From NCBI RefSeq assembly GCF_000002075.1, contig NW_004797285.1:795417-859416 (forward strand): 64,000 bases of DNA. The letters run 5' to 3'. Below are positions 38,401-50,900 of this stretch, piece after piece. The stretch comes from Aplysia californica (lineage: Eukaryota). The position numbers and the translations under genes were made by a program. The notes beneath the pieces are model-generated. The model was not told the DNA's origin, did no database searches, and saw only the letters and a program-made list of their open reading frames with translations. Position 1 is the first letter of the stretch. Each line of letters starts with the position of its first letter.

Positions 38401-41400
38401 TTTCTCCCCTGGTTGATATAAAGGGAACCATGCTCACATAGAAGTAATAAACAGTGCCTGGTTTTGAGTAAATAGAAGCTTTTATTGTCATTTGTTTGTT
38501 TTTGTTTTTGTAAAGAGAAGCACTGACACCAAAGTGGTCATTTAGCATTGGGGAAAAAAGACAAGCAAAAGGAAACAACAAAGTGAAAGTAAAGAAATAC
38601 AAACTGAAAGCTCACTGCTCACAATAAGAGAACCCAGATAAATTCAGTCCACTCACTTTGATGCTTGGAATTTTTCAATGGTTCTGCACAATCCTAACCA
38701 TAAGGTTCCGATCAATTTGGATTAAGAAAAAAAACACAAAAACACAGCTCATCCTTTAAGCAAAAGCAATAGATATCTTCACTGTAGAAACAAGAATAAG
38801 ATTAAGCCTGTCCATGCCATCTTCAAGCAAAATGAGAAAATAATCTCTACTGAAAGATGAAGAAAAAAGAAGGTAGTCCACATACATATGAGGAGGACTC
38901 TGAAAATGATATAAAGATGAGAGAACCAAGAATCTTGTAGTAAAATACACCATACAGGAAACTACCCACTGCCCTGTGGGGAAGAACCCGAAAAGTTATA
39001 CTCAGGGGAAAGCAGAAGACACAGACCTGAAACTATTGATAACCCGTTTTCTGCCATTTCCCTCTCTCCACTTATTGCTCTCCCTGTGGGGATCATCAAG
39101 CACTGAGAACCTTTCCTGCACATGTGACTCACCATGCGTGATGTTCAGGTCATTACCAATGGCAAGTTTCCACACTTTGCCTCTCACATTGGGGGGTAAG
39201 CCCTGCCACCATAGGTCACGAGCTTTCTTCGTGTTGCGCCTGTGATACAAAAAAATGTTAAAAATTGTAAATACCAAAAATAACTGTAGAAAATAAAGTA
39301 CCCTTGAGTAAAAATCTTTTGAATATATCATAGTCAATTGACCCTCAAAGCAACAGACATAGAGAATCAGAGGATAATTCCAGAGAGAGAAAGTAAACAT
39401 CAGATTTGCCAACCACTCTATGTCAAAAAGCAGGTGTTTTCTGCAGAATCCTCCCTCAAAATCAGAGTTTGGGGGAATAATAATCTGTCTCCAGAACCCC
39501 AGTAGATTAAGATTATGATACAAACCGAATGTAGCAAACAAACATGTACTGCAAATACAACAGCCAAAAACATGTAACAAATATGTGTATTTTCATACCA
39601 TTTATGATAAGTCACGCAAATATTAAAAATAATTTTCACTTCATTCACGAAAAGTTGAGTGCAACTGACGAAAACAAAATTCAAGAAATCAATTAAAAAA
39701 CTGGATTTTGAAGCAAATCTAATCATGATCCTCTGATTAGCAAAAAGAAATAATTAAAAAATTAGAGGGCTCCAATTTCATCAAGTACTTGGCAGGTCTG
39801 ATATTTTCAAAATAGAGATTGTCATGATCAAAACTCAACAAAAACAGTATTTACTGCTCTTATTCAGCATCATAACTATACACTCTTAACCACTGTCAAC
39901 ATACACCACAAGTATACTCTTCACCGGACTATGAACCTACAGTAATAAATGCCAAAATACTCATCCCACCCTGTCACACATATGTGTTCAATTTACATTG
40001 GCAAAAAACTTCTAGCCACCTAAGATGAACTGCAGCAATTTTTTACTTGAAAAGTATGTAACTGTTCCCATAGACAACAAAAATGTTTTGTTTAGGAAAG
40101 TTCATTCTATCTTAAACTTTTTATTTCTGCTGATGCTTTACTAATGATTTGTGATAAAAAGAGCCTAAACAACACTCACATAGCGTCCCAGTTGGGTAGA
40201 ATATCTGAGTTCCACAGGCGAGCCGCCGACATGAGCTGGTCCTCAAGTTTCCGCTGTTGTTGTAGCTGCTTTTTCTTCATCTTGATGTCTTTTTGCTCTT
40301 TTAACAAAAAATACATGAAGAAAAGTCAATATCATGCACTGAACAGAATCAAACCATTCCCATTTACATCTCATTAATTAAGTTTTAGTATGAGTCTACG
40401 GCACTTGCAACACAATAAGGTCATATAAGTGCCGAAGAATAGATTATATGTTACAAGAGAGTAACATACACAAAAAAGGAGGAAGGATAAGGACGACAGA
40501 TGTTTCATAGGAAAGAAGGAGCAAACCACACCAAAGCACCCACCTACCACCCACTTCTCATTAATAAAAGACGTGTATGCCATATCATCATGCACACATT
40601 AGCATCAGTATTGCAGCTTCTAAATATTCCCCAAAATGCATATTTTTAATAGCAATCAAACCTGTCCATAATGGACTAGCAATTTTGGAGAAAAAAACAA
40701 CCCCCCCCCTCCCCGCAGCAGCTTTTCAGTAATCAAAATAAATGGATTGATATTGGCTATGGAGTCAAACGTAGAAAATTTAATTGTAAGGTAAATCTGT
40801 TTTGATATTTAATGAATACATTACAAGCTCATGATGGGGAGAGGCAGAGGAGAGGAAAAAGTATTGTTTGACAGAATACATTACAGGTTGTTGTAGGTTA
40901 CAGTCAATTAGCACAAAAACTGCCATATTTCAACACAAAGTACCATGGGGTAGTTTTCACTTTAGAAAGAATAAAAACTTTAGTAAAGAACATTACACCA
41001 CAAAAGCATCATTACTTGTGTAATTTTTACGCTTTAGAAAGATTTAAAAGTTTAGAAGAGAAGTGTAAGCAGCAGACTGTCAGAGAGGCTTCAAACGCTG
41101 TCCATAAGTTAGAAGGGAGCAATGAATGGAGCGACAAATGCAACTCAAACATCAAGTTCAAAAGACAAGCAAAAACGAGAGGAAACAAAAAGGTCCTAAG
41201 ACGATGTGTGAACTATTGAACGAAAAACAACATTCACATTTGAAAAGGAAAAAAGCACCTTTTCTTTTTGCTGCCTCTATCATTTCTTCATATTGCTGCC
41301 GATGCTTCTCAGCCTCCTCGGGACTTTTGCACGGAAGGTTCCTAGTTGTAGAAACGAGACAGGAATGCAGAATTAAAAATGTCTTTGAAGCGCATGAAAT

Positions 41401-44400
41401 CAAATAGAAACATTCTTATTGTTGCTTTACAAACATTCTTATCCTTGCTACCTTTTGTGCTGTAACTCTGAAAGCAAAGGAGAAAAAACATTATAACCTT
41501 CTGTTACAACAATATATTATCATATAAAGGAAAAAGCATTCTAAATCAAAATTGCAATAAACCTCAACGTATCAGCATATAAAAACACAGCTAAAATATT
41601 TGTTCCATTATCAATACACCTCTGTAAAAGAGAAAAACCAAACTTACGTTGGCCGATTCTCCAATATGAGTGCTGTGGTTGACATCACTTCTGTTCCATG
41701 GTTCACGCCAGAGGTTTGGACAACTGGCACAGCACCTTCTTTCCGCTGACGTGCCTGAAACTCTGATGTTATTTCTTTAGCATTGCGATGGGGAACAGAT
41801 TTAGGTGGAACTTTCCCAAATAGTTTCCAGCCAGGAGCACTTTCTTCTTTAGCTCGTTTGGAGAATAAATTTCTGAAGAGAGAAAACAACAAAAAGGGCA
41901 CATATAACATACTTGGAATATTTTTCAAAATATAGAACTAAAATACTTTCATAAAAAATATGTGAATAATCAGATAAGTATTCAAGAACTTTCTTTCCCA
42001 TCCTTTTAATGTTATCACATTATATTAAATTACTAACAAACTCAATATTTTGGTAATAGCGTTAGCCCACATTATAATCTTAAAAAAAAACCCCAGCTCT
42101 TACTTAAAATGTTACAGGCCGGAGTAAACTACAGCCAGTATAAAGCAGCATTTGTGACTGCTGTTCTAAATGGCCATGCTGCGTCTAAATGTTGTGATAG
42201 CGTGGAGAAACTTGGAAGAAGACGATAAGCTGTAAATAGAAATTTCAAAGCCTGATCCCATAAAATATTGACATTATAATTATATCAAATCAAAATCAAT
42301 TTTTTTTTCCTTTATCTGAAACGAACGTAAGCTAACTGAAATTTCATTTTCTATAGTATTTTCTCATGATGAACCCTTCAAGGTGCTTGGCGTACAATTT
42401 TCTGTTAAAAAAAACAACAAACAAACACCTGAATTTCACCCAAATTATGGCAACACAATGTTTGCTCGTATGTGTCTAAATGCAGTGGAATCAGGTGATT
42501 GTCAATTTTTAGGCAAAAATGGGGTTATTGGTATCATCTTAAAGCATGTTCATTTGTTTTGCATTTGAAGAAAAAAAACCCATTATATATATTGAATAGA
42601 AGTCGAGATATAGCTGCATGTGAAGGAGGTGGGGGTCGACTGGTTTCAGAGGTAAATGCAAGGAAAAGGCCACCAAAGTTTGGTGACTTCCAAAGCTTGA
42701 GAGAGTCTTTCAAGACTGCAAATTTATATTTTCTGAGCTTTTCATACTTTTAATCAATGTTTTTGAGTAAAATCCACATAGAGGTGTTTTTAAATGGACA
42801 TAAAAGGTGTTTTAAAAAATTAAAATAAAATAATAATCAATGAATGTGAGACATCGTGGTGATAACAGGCGCTCATCAAAATAATACAAGACGACAAAAA
42901 GGCACTTTTACACAAGTTTGGCAATTTTGATTGAAATTTTGTTTTTTGGCTAAACACCTTTTATGTTTGTATGAAGACACATTTCCAAGTGAATTTTACT
43001 GAAAACCCTTGTTTGAAGGCACGGAATTCAGTTTTCAAGGACTCTTTTAACGCTATTGAAGTTGCCAAACTTTGGCGGCCATTTTCTCATTAATTTAACC
43101 ACTGAAAGCAGGCTACCCCACCTTCTTCAATCGCAAATATCTCAACGTCTATTCAAGCTAGATGGATATTTTTTTCATTGAAAGCAAGGCAAATGAATAA
43201 GCTTTCAGGTGATATCAATAACTCTACATGCCCAAAAGTTGACGAGTGCCTGATTCCACCACGTTGTGCAACAAATCATTATATATATCTTACAAAATTA
43301 TCCAATGGTGGTAAAAATGTCAACTTCATCAATTAAACTATTTTGACAAGAACTAGATTTACCCATGATGCTTCACGTTGCATGGTTTGTCCATTTTATC
43401 TACTTATTTTCAAATATCATTTAAGTGCACTATGTGTCTTTCATTTGAAATTTTGTCTACAAATGTCAACTCAAACAAAAACCTTCCTTCAAAAGTGTTT
43501 TCTTTTCCCCCACTTTGCACGCTTCTTCAATGAGTGTTGAGTAATTATAATTTAAGTTTTCAATCTATATAATAATGCTTGCATGCGCAGTACAACTATC
43601 ATGGTAAAATAAAATGACCAAAAAATCCTAATTTCTCTGGTACGTTATCAATCAATCTAAAACGTTTTGCAAGAACACTTTACCTCAGTACAAAGTAAAG
43701 TATGTATGTGTCACATTGGGTGTTTTAAAAANNNNNNNNNNNNNNNNNNNNNNNNNNNNNNNNNNNNNNNNNNNNNNNNNNNNNNNNNNNNNNNNNNNNN
43801 NNNNNNNNNNNNNNNNNNNNNNNNNNNNNNNNNNNNNNNNNNNNNNNNNNNNNNNNNNNNNNNNNNNNNNNNNNNNNNNNNNNNNNNNNNNNNNNNNNNN
43901 NNNNNNNNNNNNNNNNNNNAAAGAGGAGATTTTGAAGGAGAGAGAATGGGAAACCTACTGTACATTTCCAACTCGTTCAAAAGTAGCGTGTGAATAGTAT
44001 TAAGTAACTACTAAAAGTATGCTCACCTGAGACGCATTTTAGAAATTTTGAATAAAATACTTTTTAAGAATATTTTGTTTTTTTACAAATCATATCATTT
44101 CACAGACCCATACTTGTTCAGGCACTCAAAAGAAAAATACGAAAAAATTGTTCGTTGTTGTAAAAGATGTTAGAATAATTTCTTTAAGAAAAAAAAAAAG
44201 AATCATGCTGAATAATAAAATATCACAAAGCAGCATATTTGAAAGATTTGAAATGTTCTGTATAAATCTGTTGTTCCAAATTACTAGCATTATTGTTAAG
44301 TGCACAATGTTTGTAATGTATGTACATATAATATGAGTCATCTCTACCCTAATGTGCCTGTACAAGTGCACAAGTGTGAGTATCATGATTGAGTGTTGCG

Positions 44401-45754
44401 TACACACATAAGACAGTGTATGTGTCTATGAGCTATGAGAAATAAAATGGTTGACCTATGAATATATATATATATAATATATTAAAAAAATTAAGACATA
44501 ACATTTCTTAATAGTAAGCACAACTTACTTCAGACCAATTAAAGGTGTTTTTTTTGCTGCCTGAGAAACGGGAATGTGTTCATCTTTAAATTTTCCATCC
44601 AATGAAGCAGAAGTTCGACCTTTGTCAAAGGAGTTCCGTGTATGAAGACTGATATCCATAAATAAAGATTCATCTGTGACATGTTGTGAAAGGCTTCTTG
44701 AGTCTGAATGATAGCAGTCATCACCCGCGGAAACAGCAGAAACAGAGAAATCAGTTCCAGTGCTTACACTTGACAGACTAGAATTATCACCAAAAGTGTT
44801 ACTGCCGCTTAACTCTAAATGCTGAGCTAGGCCTTGGAAACTATCCACACTGTGCAGAGTCAGGCGATCTGTGTCCGGGAACTTGCCCATGCAGTGAAAC
44901 TCCTGAGTGCTGTGGGCTCTATGCATAGAAAGGGGAGGGGCAAGAAGTGCACTCGAAGACAAGTCCTGGTTTGGGCTGCTCAAAGACTCTTGGTCATTGC
45001 ACAAAAAATCTCGACTGGTTGCCTCTCCATCTTTATTGAGGCTGTCATCCTCGTGAGCAGAGGCTGATGATGTGTTTAAATCTGATGCCTTTTCACTGCT
45101 GGCGGTAGTTACAAGTTGCTTCGTAGTAGGTATGTACAAGAGAGGTAATGATATGTTTTCTAAGACCTTTGAGAAACGAGCACTGGCACCAACCTCAAGA
45201 GGTAAATCATTTACTGCAGAACCTGATACATTCGTGCCAGCTTTTGGTACATGGTTCTTTGGCTCTGAGCTAAGTTGAGGGATGCATGATATTGATAAGC
45301 CTTGGCCAGGTCCTTTAAGAGTTGTACTATCTTTTGCTGCATGTTGACCACTATTTTCTTTCAAAGACAGATGATTGCTTGTTAAAAAGCCTTCATTAGT
45401 ATTCATTCCATGATTTTCTTCACTCTTATTAAGTGTCCCTGATGAAACCTGAACTTCGCTTTCTAATTGCTTGTTTTCACATGTTAAATGAGATTCACCA
45501 TTCAAAGAATCACAAGAATCTTCCTTAGGTATATTCTTCACGTGATCCCCATCATACAAAGTTTGCGCACTGATTTTCATTTTCAATTTTTCAACATCTT
45601 CAAATGATGTTGTGAGAGACACAACAGGAATGCCAACATCCCCATTGCAGAGCGTAGTATTAGAGCAGGGGGAACTTAGAGTCTTGTCACACATCACGAG
45701 CAGTTGCATTGTCATATTCAGATGCAAGGCCTTGTGTGATGAAACTGTTCCCAT
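29296..45754 (-). CDS. TBC1D14: TBC1 domain family member 14/12-like Rab GTPase-activating protein, 856 aa, 12 coding exons
   Basis: Exons (-): 45754-44529, 41872-41648, 41341-41259, 40297-40180, 39239-39133, 38057-37971, 36712-36606, 33984-33913, 32930-32802, 32076-31967, 31411-31308, 29498-29296. All are GT-AG and total 2571 nt in frame. Family motifs: [55 protein letters not shown] (Arg finger), GYVQGMSF (Gln finger), [16 protein letters not shown]. Probably co-orthologous to vertebrate TBC1D12 and TBC1D14. Confidence 0.93.
31308..31411 (-). CDS. TBC1D14: TBC1D14-like exon ([17 protein letters not shown])
   Basis: Conserved TBC segment. Confidence 0.93.
31967..32076 (-). CDS. TBC1D14: TBC1D14-like exon ([20 protein letters not shown])
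   Basis: Conserved TBC segment. Confidence 0.92.
32802..32930 (-). CDS. TBC1D14: TBC1D14-like exon ([15 protein letters not shown]...)
   Basis: Gln finger; ctgcag / gtaagc. Confidence 0.93.
33913..33984 (-). CDS. TBC1D14: TBC1D14-like exon ([24 protein letters not shown])
   Basis: Conserved sequence; tttcag / gtaagt. Confidence 0.93.
34780..34894 (-). mobile_element. DNA transposon end with TTTACGAC subterminal repeats
   Basis: Repeated TTTACGAC; reverse-complement terminus CAGGATGTCCAGCAAGG. Confidence 0.45.
36606..36712 (-). CDS. TBC1D14: TBC1D14-like exon with IxxDxxR Arg finger
   Basis: [18 protein letters not shown]. Confidence 0.93.
37971..38057 (-). CDS. TBC1D14: TBC1D14-like exon ([11 protein letters not shown]...)
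   Basis: Splice sites, phase 1-1. Confidence 0.88.
39133..39239 (-). CDS. TBC1D14: TBC1D14-like exon ([15 protein letters not shown])
   Basis: TBC motif A. Confidence 0.93.
40180..40297 (-). CDS. TBC1D14: TBC1D14-like exon (...[13 protein letters not shown])
   Basis: Conserved W-x3-ILPNW; gtgagt donor. Confidence 0.9.
40383..40555 (-). mobile_element. R1 copy
   Basis: High similarity to 18250-18418. Confidence 0.8.
41259..41341 (-). CDS. TBC1D14: TBC1D14-like exon ([20 protein letters not shown])
   Basis: Conserved motif, phase consistent. Confidence 0.92.
41648..41872 (-). CDS. TBC1D14: TBC1D14-like exon (GWKLFGK...ILENRP)
   Basis: Splice sites and conserved motifs. Confidence 0.92.
42470..43273. 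mobile_element. Two M1 MITE copies head-to-head (42470-42811 -, 42845-43273 +)
   Basis: Mutually inverted homology, e.g. CCACCAAAGTTTGGTGACTT vs AAGTTGCCAAACTTTGGCGG. Confidence 0.75.
44529..45754 (-). CDS. TBC1D14: TBC1D14-like first coding exon (long Ser-rich N-terminus); acceptor at 45914-45915
   Basis: 409-aa ORF. gtaagt donor at 44523-44528 is phase 2 and matches the next exon. tttcacag acceptor upstream. In-frame stops precede ATG 45754. Confidence 0.85.
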
Positions 45755-47895
45755 GTTCCAACAAAGTCATTATAAATATTTGCATGGCGAATAAAGCAGG
45801 AGCCTCATTTCATCTCTAGCAAAGCACTGTGTCATCTCCAGATCTGGCAATATTCATCCTCATCAGCTCACATGGCTTGTATTTGGGAGTAGGACAACTA
45901 GCAAATAAACTTTCTGTGAAATAAAAGCATACAAAATGTTTTAAAGAAAATTACAAAATGGAGAAAACATAAAAAAGTAGGAGATGATGATATATTTGGG
46001 TGTGCTCACAAATCACACCAGCCATAGGAATATAAAAAACCTGAAAGCAATCACTTTATTCACCCCTTTCAAAGACATTCTTGAAGTTTGCATTTCTACA
46101 AAACACAAAAATACAAATTGATTCACTAGATCTCATTAAAGTGTCTGCTACGGTCCACTTTCTAAAACTTCACTTATTTTACAGAATGCCAGCAAGCTGT
46201 TGTGTAGTGTGTAATCTCTGTTGAAGAGGAGGCGTACTGACACACTTGTCGTCAATACTAGCTACATACACATGCATCGACGTAAGTGAATGCAAGCTCC
46301 CCTATACACAACAGAAGTATACTAGTCTACACTATTGCCCATCCCCGACAGAGAATCGTCAGTCAATAGCCTTTCACTGACTTATATTTTTGTGTTAGCT
46401 GTACTAATGCAAACTAACACTTGCCGGAGAAATTGGAGCATTCGCTGAAAAAAAAAATCTTTCCAAAATCTTCAGCGAGTCAAGTTTTTAGCACAAAAAG
46501 AAGATTGGTCGGTACTTGGTATTGAGATTACAACTTTAATTCTTTCAAATTTCTATACGGGGGAAGAGAGTCACTGCTGAATTCTGGGTATGTCCTCCAA
46601 GAAGTTAAAAATTTTCAGGGTATTTCCCCATAATTGATTAATTCTATGTCTTGAAAAATAGGATTTGAAATTATCTTGAAAACAATTAATTTATCTGTGA
46701 CAGTTCTACTGACCATACATGGGTTCTGCAGCCAAAAACACAACAGTTTTACGCCAAAAGCAGTGCATCTGCATGTGGGAGTGAAAGTAAAGATATACTG
46801 TCTTCTGTAACCTGGGCTTATCTTCGGTCAATACTAAAACGTGCAGAGAGGCCAACCTTTCAGAATTGATTTTTAAAAAAAGGGAACCTTAATTTCAAGG
46901 CCAAATAAAATGAGGTTCAGTTTAAGGAAATTTATAGCTCTGCAGCTGATATTTTTAGGCTCCATACGGGTTTTCCTACTTCTACGCACAGTTTAAAAAC
47001 AAAAACAAATGACAACACATGGACGCGATAAATCATAGGCTCTAGCTCTAGCTGTTCATTACTAATTCAGATTATCTGAAAATTAACAAATTGATTTTCC
47101 CATTAAATTGGGGATGGTTAGCAGCTTCCCAGAGTCTTTCCATGCTCTGATAAGCAAAGCAACTCTTTCATCATCTGCTGCATACGACAAGTGGGAAAGA
47201 AAACTTGACCATGACAAAATAGGCCAGGCATACATATTATTTTAAAAGTCTGAACTCTTAATCTGTGAGCTTATAGAGATTAATTCTTTCTTACAACCAG
47301 CATTCCCCAGGGGGCACCAGGGTTATTAAGCGTCCAGAGGTGGCCATTCTGTTATCACAGTGTAGAATTCTGTGGTTCAGGGTAAACACTTCACTGGTTG
47401 GCCTAGGCTATAACGGTGAACACCCACCGGGTGAGAATAGCCAAAAGACTCGCCTGCCCTATTCTCACAACGGGTGAGAATAGAGGTGGCCGTGATGCCT
47501 AAATATAACTCTACAGTCCAATAAAGACACCGGTAATCAATTTCTAAAGGAGGTGGTTATTCGCACCGGGTGTGCGCATAAGAAATAATATTATTCGCAC
47601 AGGGTGTGCGAATAAGAAATAATCATATTCGCACAGGGTCGACCCGACCTGCGCGCTGCGCGAGATCGTTGCGCGCTGCGAACGCTGTGCGAGATTGGCA
47701 AATGCCGCGAGAGTTCGCGAAACTAGGCAGTCTTGGCCTATATAATAAGCTTACCTGCATGGCTTTTCATTTTTCAAAACAGAGCCCTGAGGGAACCTTG
47801 CCAGTAGCGTTCTGTTGGCCCCAAGGCTATTGCATCGTAAATCTGAAATTACTCAACACCTAGATCTAGTTCTAGTTTTTCTAGATCCATTCAGC

Positions 47896-48075
47896 ATGGA
47901 CGTGGGAGCCAAGTTCAAGAGCTTTTCAGAGTTCACAGACCCTCTGAAAGAGTATGAAAGTACTAATAACACAAAATTTGTGGTGACACGATCCACCAAA
48001 ATTGGCCAAACAGACCCCTTGAGTGCGGTATACATGTACCAGTCGATCCGGTTCCAGTGCAAGCAGGGGCAGCGC
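47896..48075 (+). pseudogene. MULE transposase N-terminal (FAR1/ZSWIM3-N-like) DNA-binding domain remnant
   Basis: MDVGAKFKSFSEFTDPLKEYESTNNTKFVVTRS...YQSIRFQCKQG fits the G-x-x-F-x-S-x-x-E-F...Y...F...S...Y...F-x-C pattern recalled for this domain; no DDE core visible. Confidence 0.6.
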
Positions 48076-49952
48076 CACCATTATTGTATTCTTTAAATTA
48101 ATAAACAATTTTGTTTTAAAATCAAAGGTGCAATCTAAACGTACACATGTGTACATAATTTTGGTTGACAGCAACTTGAGGGGGGGGGGGGGGGGGTCCT
48201 GGGAAAGGTGACAAGAGGGATGGGGTCTTTGTGAATAGTCCCTAAAAGTAAAACTGCAATCATTTGGCCATAAATAATATGATGTATTACTACAGAGTTA
48301 CTACATTAAGTTGATTTTGGACCTCATTTGTCACACCCAGGTATCCCACCTTTAGTTTTAGGCTAAGGGTCTTAATTTTGGAAAGCACTGGGAAGAGGCC
48401 AGAATTGTTCCCACTGTCACTGGGATGAAGCCAAGAAACTATTCCCAGTGACACTGAGAACAGACAGGCCCATTAGATGTCTAGATCTATTGTTCCCATT
48501 ATGATCTACATGGGCATGATGGTGATGGGTTACTAAATACAGACTATACACATGTATTTTTCTTTATCTAATGTGGATCTAGATATTTAAGAGTAGATTC
48601 TGGTGTGAGTGGAAGATTTTTTTTAAAAAGAAAGGAATGGTCATTCTATGCTTGCTTGTTATTCATCATGTTTAGATCTAGATCTAATACGGATTATGGA
48701 GACCACGGTACAGGACAGGTAAAAATCCTTCCCGATTCTCCATTTCTCCTAGAATCTAGGCTACGGTCAAGTCATGGCCCAAGTAAGCGAAGAGAAGAAA
48801 AAGTCTGAACTGAATTGAAAAGACAGCATAGCTACAGTACAGGTTAGAAACAAATCTAGATACCTCCACCATGTCTCCCCCTTTTTTCACTGGTCTGATA
48901 AACTTCACCTGCGCCTCTATCGTCTCTAATTAGTCTCATGGTACCTCTTAGGCCTTGCCTAGGCTGGCAATGTGGGTCCACTATAAAGTAAAGTTCTTGG
49001 GCAGAGCAAACTATAAAATGTTCCTGGTCCACTTTTCTGTTAAATGATTTGCATGTATGTGGCAGGCCCCCCCCCCCCCCCCCCCCCCCCAATTGTCGAT
49101 ACTAGATCTATAAGTATCCTAATAACTTAAGTGCAGAAGGTGCGGTCCACCAAAAATTAGCGTACTATGACTAATTCAGAAAACCAAGAACCTGCTGGTC
49201 CATCCTCCACTTCTGGTCTCCCTCTGCTGCCTCCCCCTCAAAAGAAAAGGAGCAAAAATAAGCCTACGACATGTAATAAAAAAAATCAGGAACCTGCTGG
49301 TCAATCATCCACTTCTGGTCTCCCTCCACTGCCTCCCCCTAAAAAGAAACAGCGGCTGGGATCAAGTAATACTAATATAATAGTGAGAACCCTGCGCCTG
49401 TTCCTGCGGTAAACGTCCTCATCCGACGCCTAGATATTCCGGACTTCGATCTCTTCAGTGAATCGGATAATAAAATGCAGGTCCGTTTACAACTTCGTCT
49501 CGTCCCCCCTTCTCTCTCTCTCTATCTCTCTCTCGTGGTATTCTCGCAGCTAGTACTACTCGCAGCCCTCACTCACTCCGCCTCGCGTCGCCGGGAACAA
49601 GTCTCACTCACTCCGCCTCCCGTCGCCGGGAACTATTTCGCGTAGCGGTCGATTAGGACCCATGAATGTATAAGTCCGTTGTTTGCCTAGTGCGCATTAA
49701 TACATATAAACACGGCGGGTCCACCAAAGTTCAATCAACTCTCTGGTTCAATCCAGCCCCTTATATCTTTGTCCTTGCGCGATGAGGGGGAAAAATGAGG
49801 AAATGGTAGGCCCGATTTCCATCCTTTTTTTGAAACACCCTGTGCGAATATAACTTCATAGTATTCGCACACCCTGTGCGAATATAACTTCATAGTATTC
49901 ACACACCCTGTGCGAATAAAATTTCATAGTATTCACACACCCTGTGCGAATA

Positions 49953-50900
49953 GGCCGTCGTTATTCGGACTCGAGTCCGAATAACATATTTTCATATTCG
50001 GACTCGAGTCCGAATAAAAAAAATTCTTATTCGGACGCGAATCCGAATATGAAAAAATGTTATTCGGACTCGGGTCCGGAAAAAAGGAAGTGTCTTCGTT
50101 CTATAGATCTAACGTTCAGTGTTTCCAATTTTCCGCCATTTTTTAGTTTCCCCCACATCTTATCTGCCGATCCAATGCCCGCCGCCTCATTGATACGCCC
50201 CCCCCCCCACGTTTCCCACTTTCTTTGTTGTAGTAAAAGGTAAAATTGAAGATTAGCATACCACCTGGCACCTGCATATTATGAGCTGTGTAAAAAAAAA
50301 AAAGACCGATTCGTTCAAATACACAAGCCTGTGTCATATCGACTGTTTACCAAGAAAAAATTGTGTTGCTGTGTAGAGCTGAGCATACGGCAACTTTTGA
50401 TTCCATAGACCAGCGCACAATTCATTACGTAGATCTACGTCAAGACTAGCTTATTATTGTAATAATGATCAGTTGCCGGGGGGAAAAAGACTGACGCGTG
50501 TATGCGACGTTCAAAGCCCGGACCGATAGTGCCCCCCTCCCACCACCCTCCCCGACACGTACACAGCCACACGTGTGCAGGCCGGCCATCCGACCCCGAC
50601 ACACGCTAACAAGCCATCTTTAATTGCTTCTGATGACCTCTTGACAAATAAACATTTATTAGAAGCGCTGTAACTTTTCAGGCCGGCCTCAAATTCATCA
50701 TAAGATTAAAACTCGGCTCCTGCACAAAACGCCTTTTTGCCCGAAGTGATCCCGGTCTCTACCCAGCCTGAGGCGAGTCACGAGTGAGGCAGGACAGGAA
50801 GCCGGATTCATGAGTCACAGGAAGTCGGAAGTGATGTCATGCTGGACAAGAATCAGAGTCCGAATAACATTTTTTCATATTCGGACTCGAGTCCGAATAA
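49953..50900. mobile_element. Non-autonomous MULE-like element B nested in the right end of A
   Basis: Starts GGCCGTCGTTATTCGGAC. Arrays of the perfect palindrome TATTCGGACTCGAGTCCGAATA at both ends (49962, 49995, 50028, 50061; ~50855-50899). Confidence 0.7.

Noticed and set aside
49836-50080. CRISPR-like or loxP-like array (34-bp period, ATAACTTC resembles a loxP arm)
   Set aside because: Linkers are only 11 nt and often identical, there are no cas or recombinase genes, the context is eukaryotic, and the arrays are mirrored at transposon ends.
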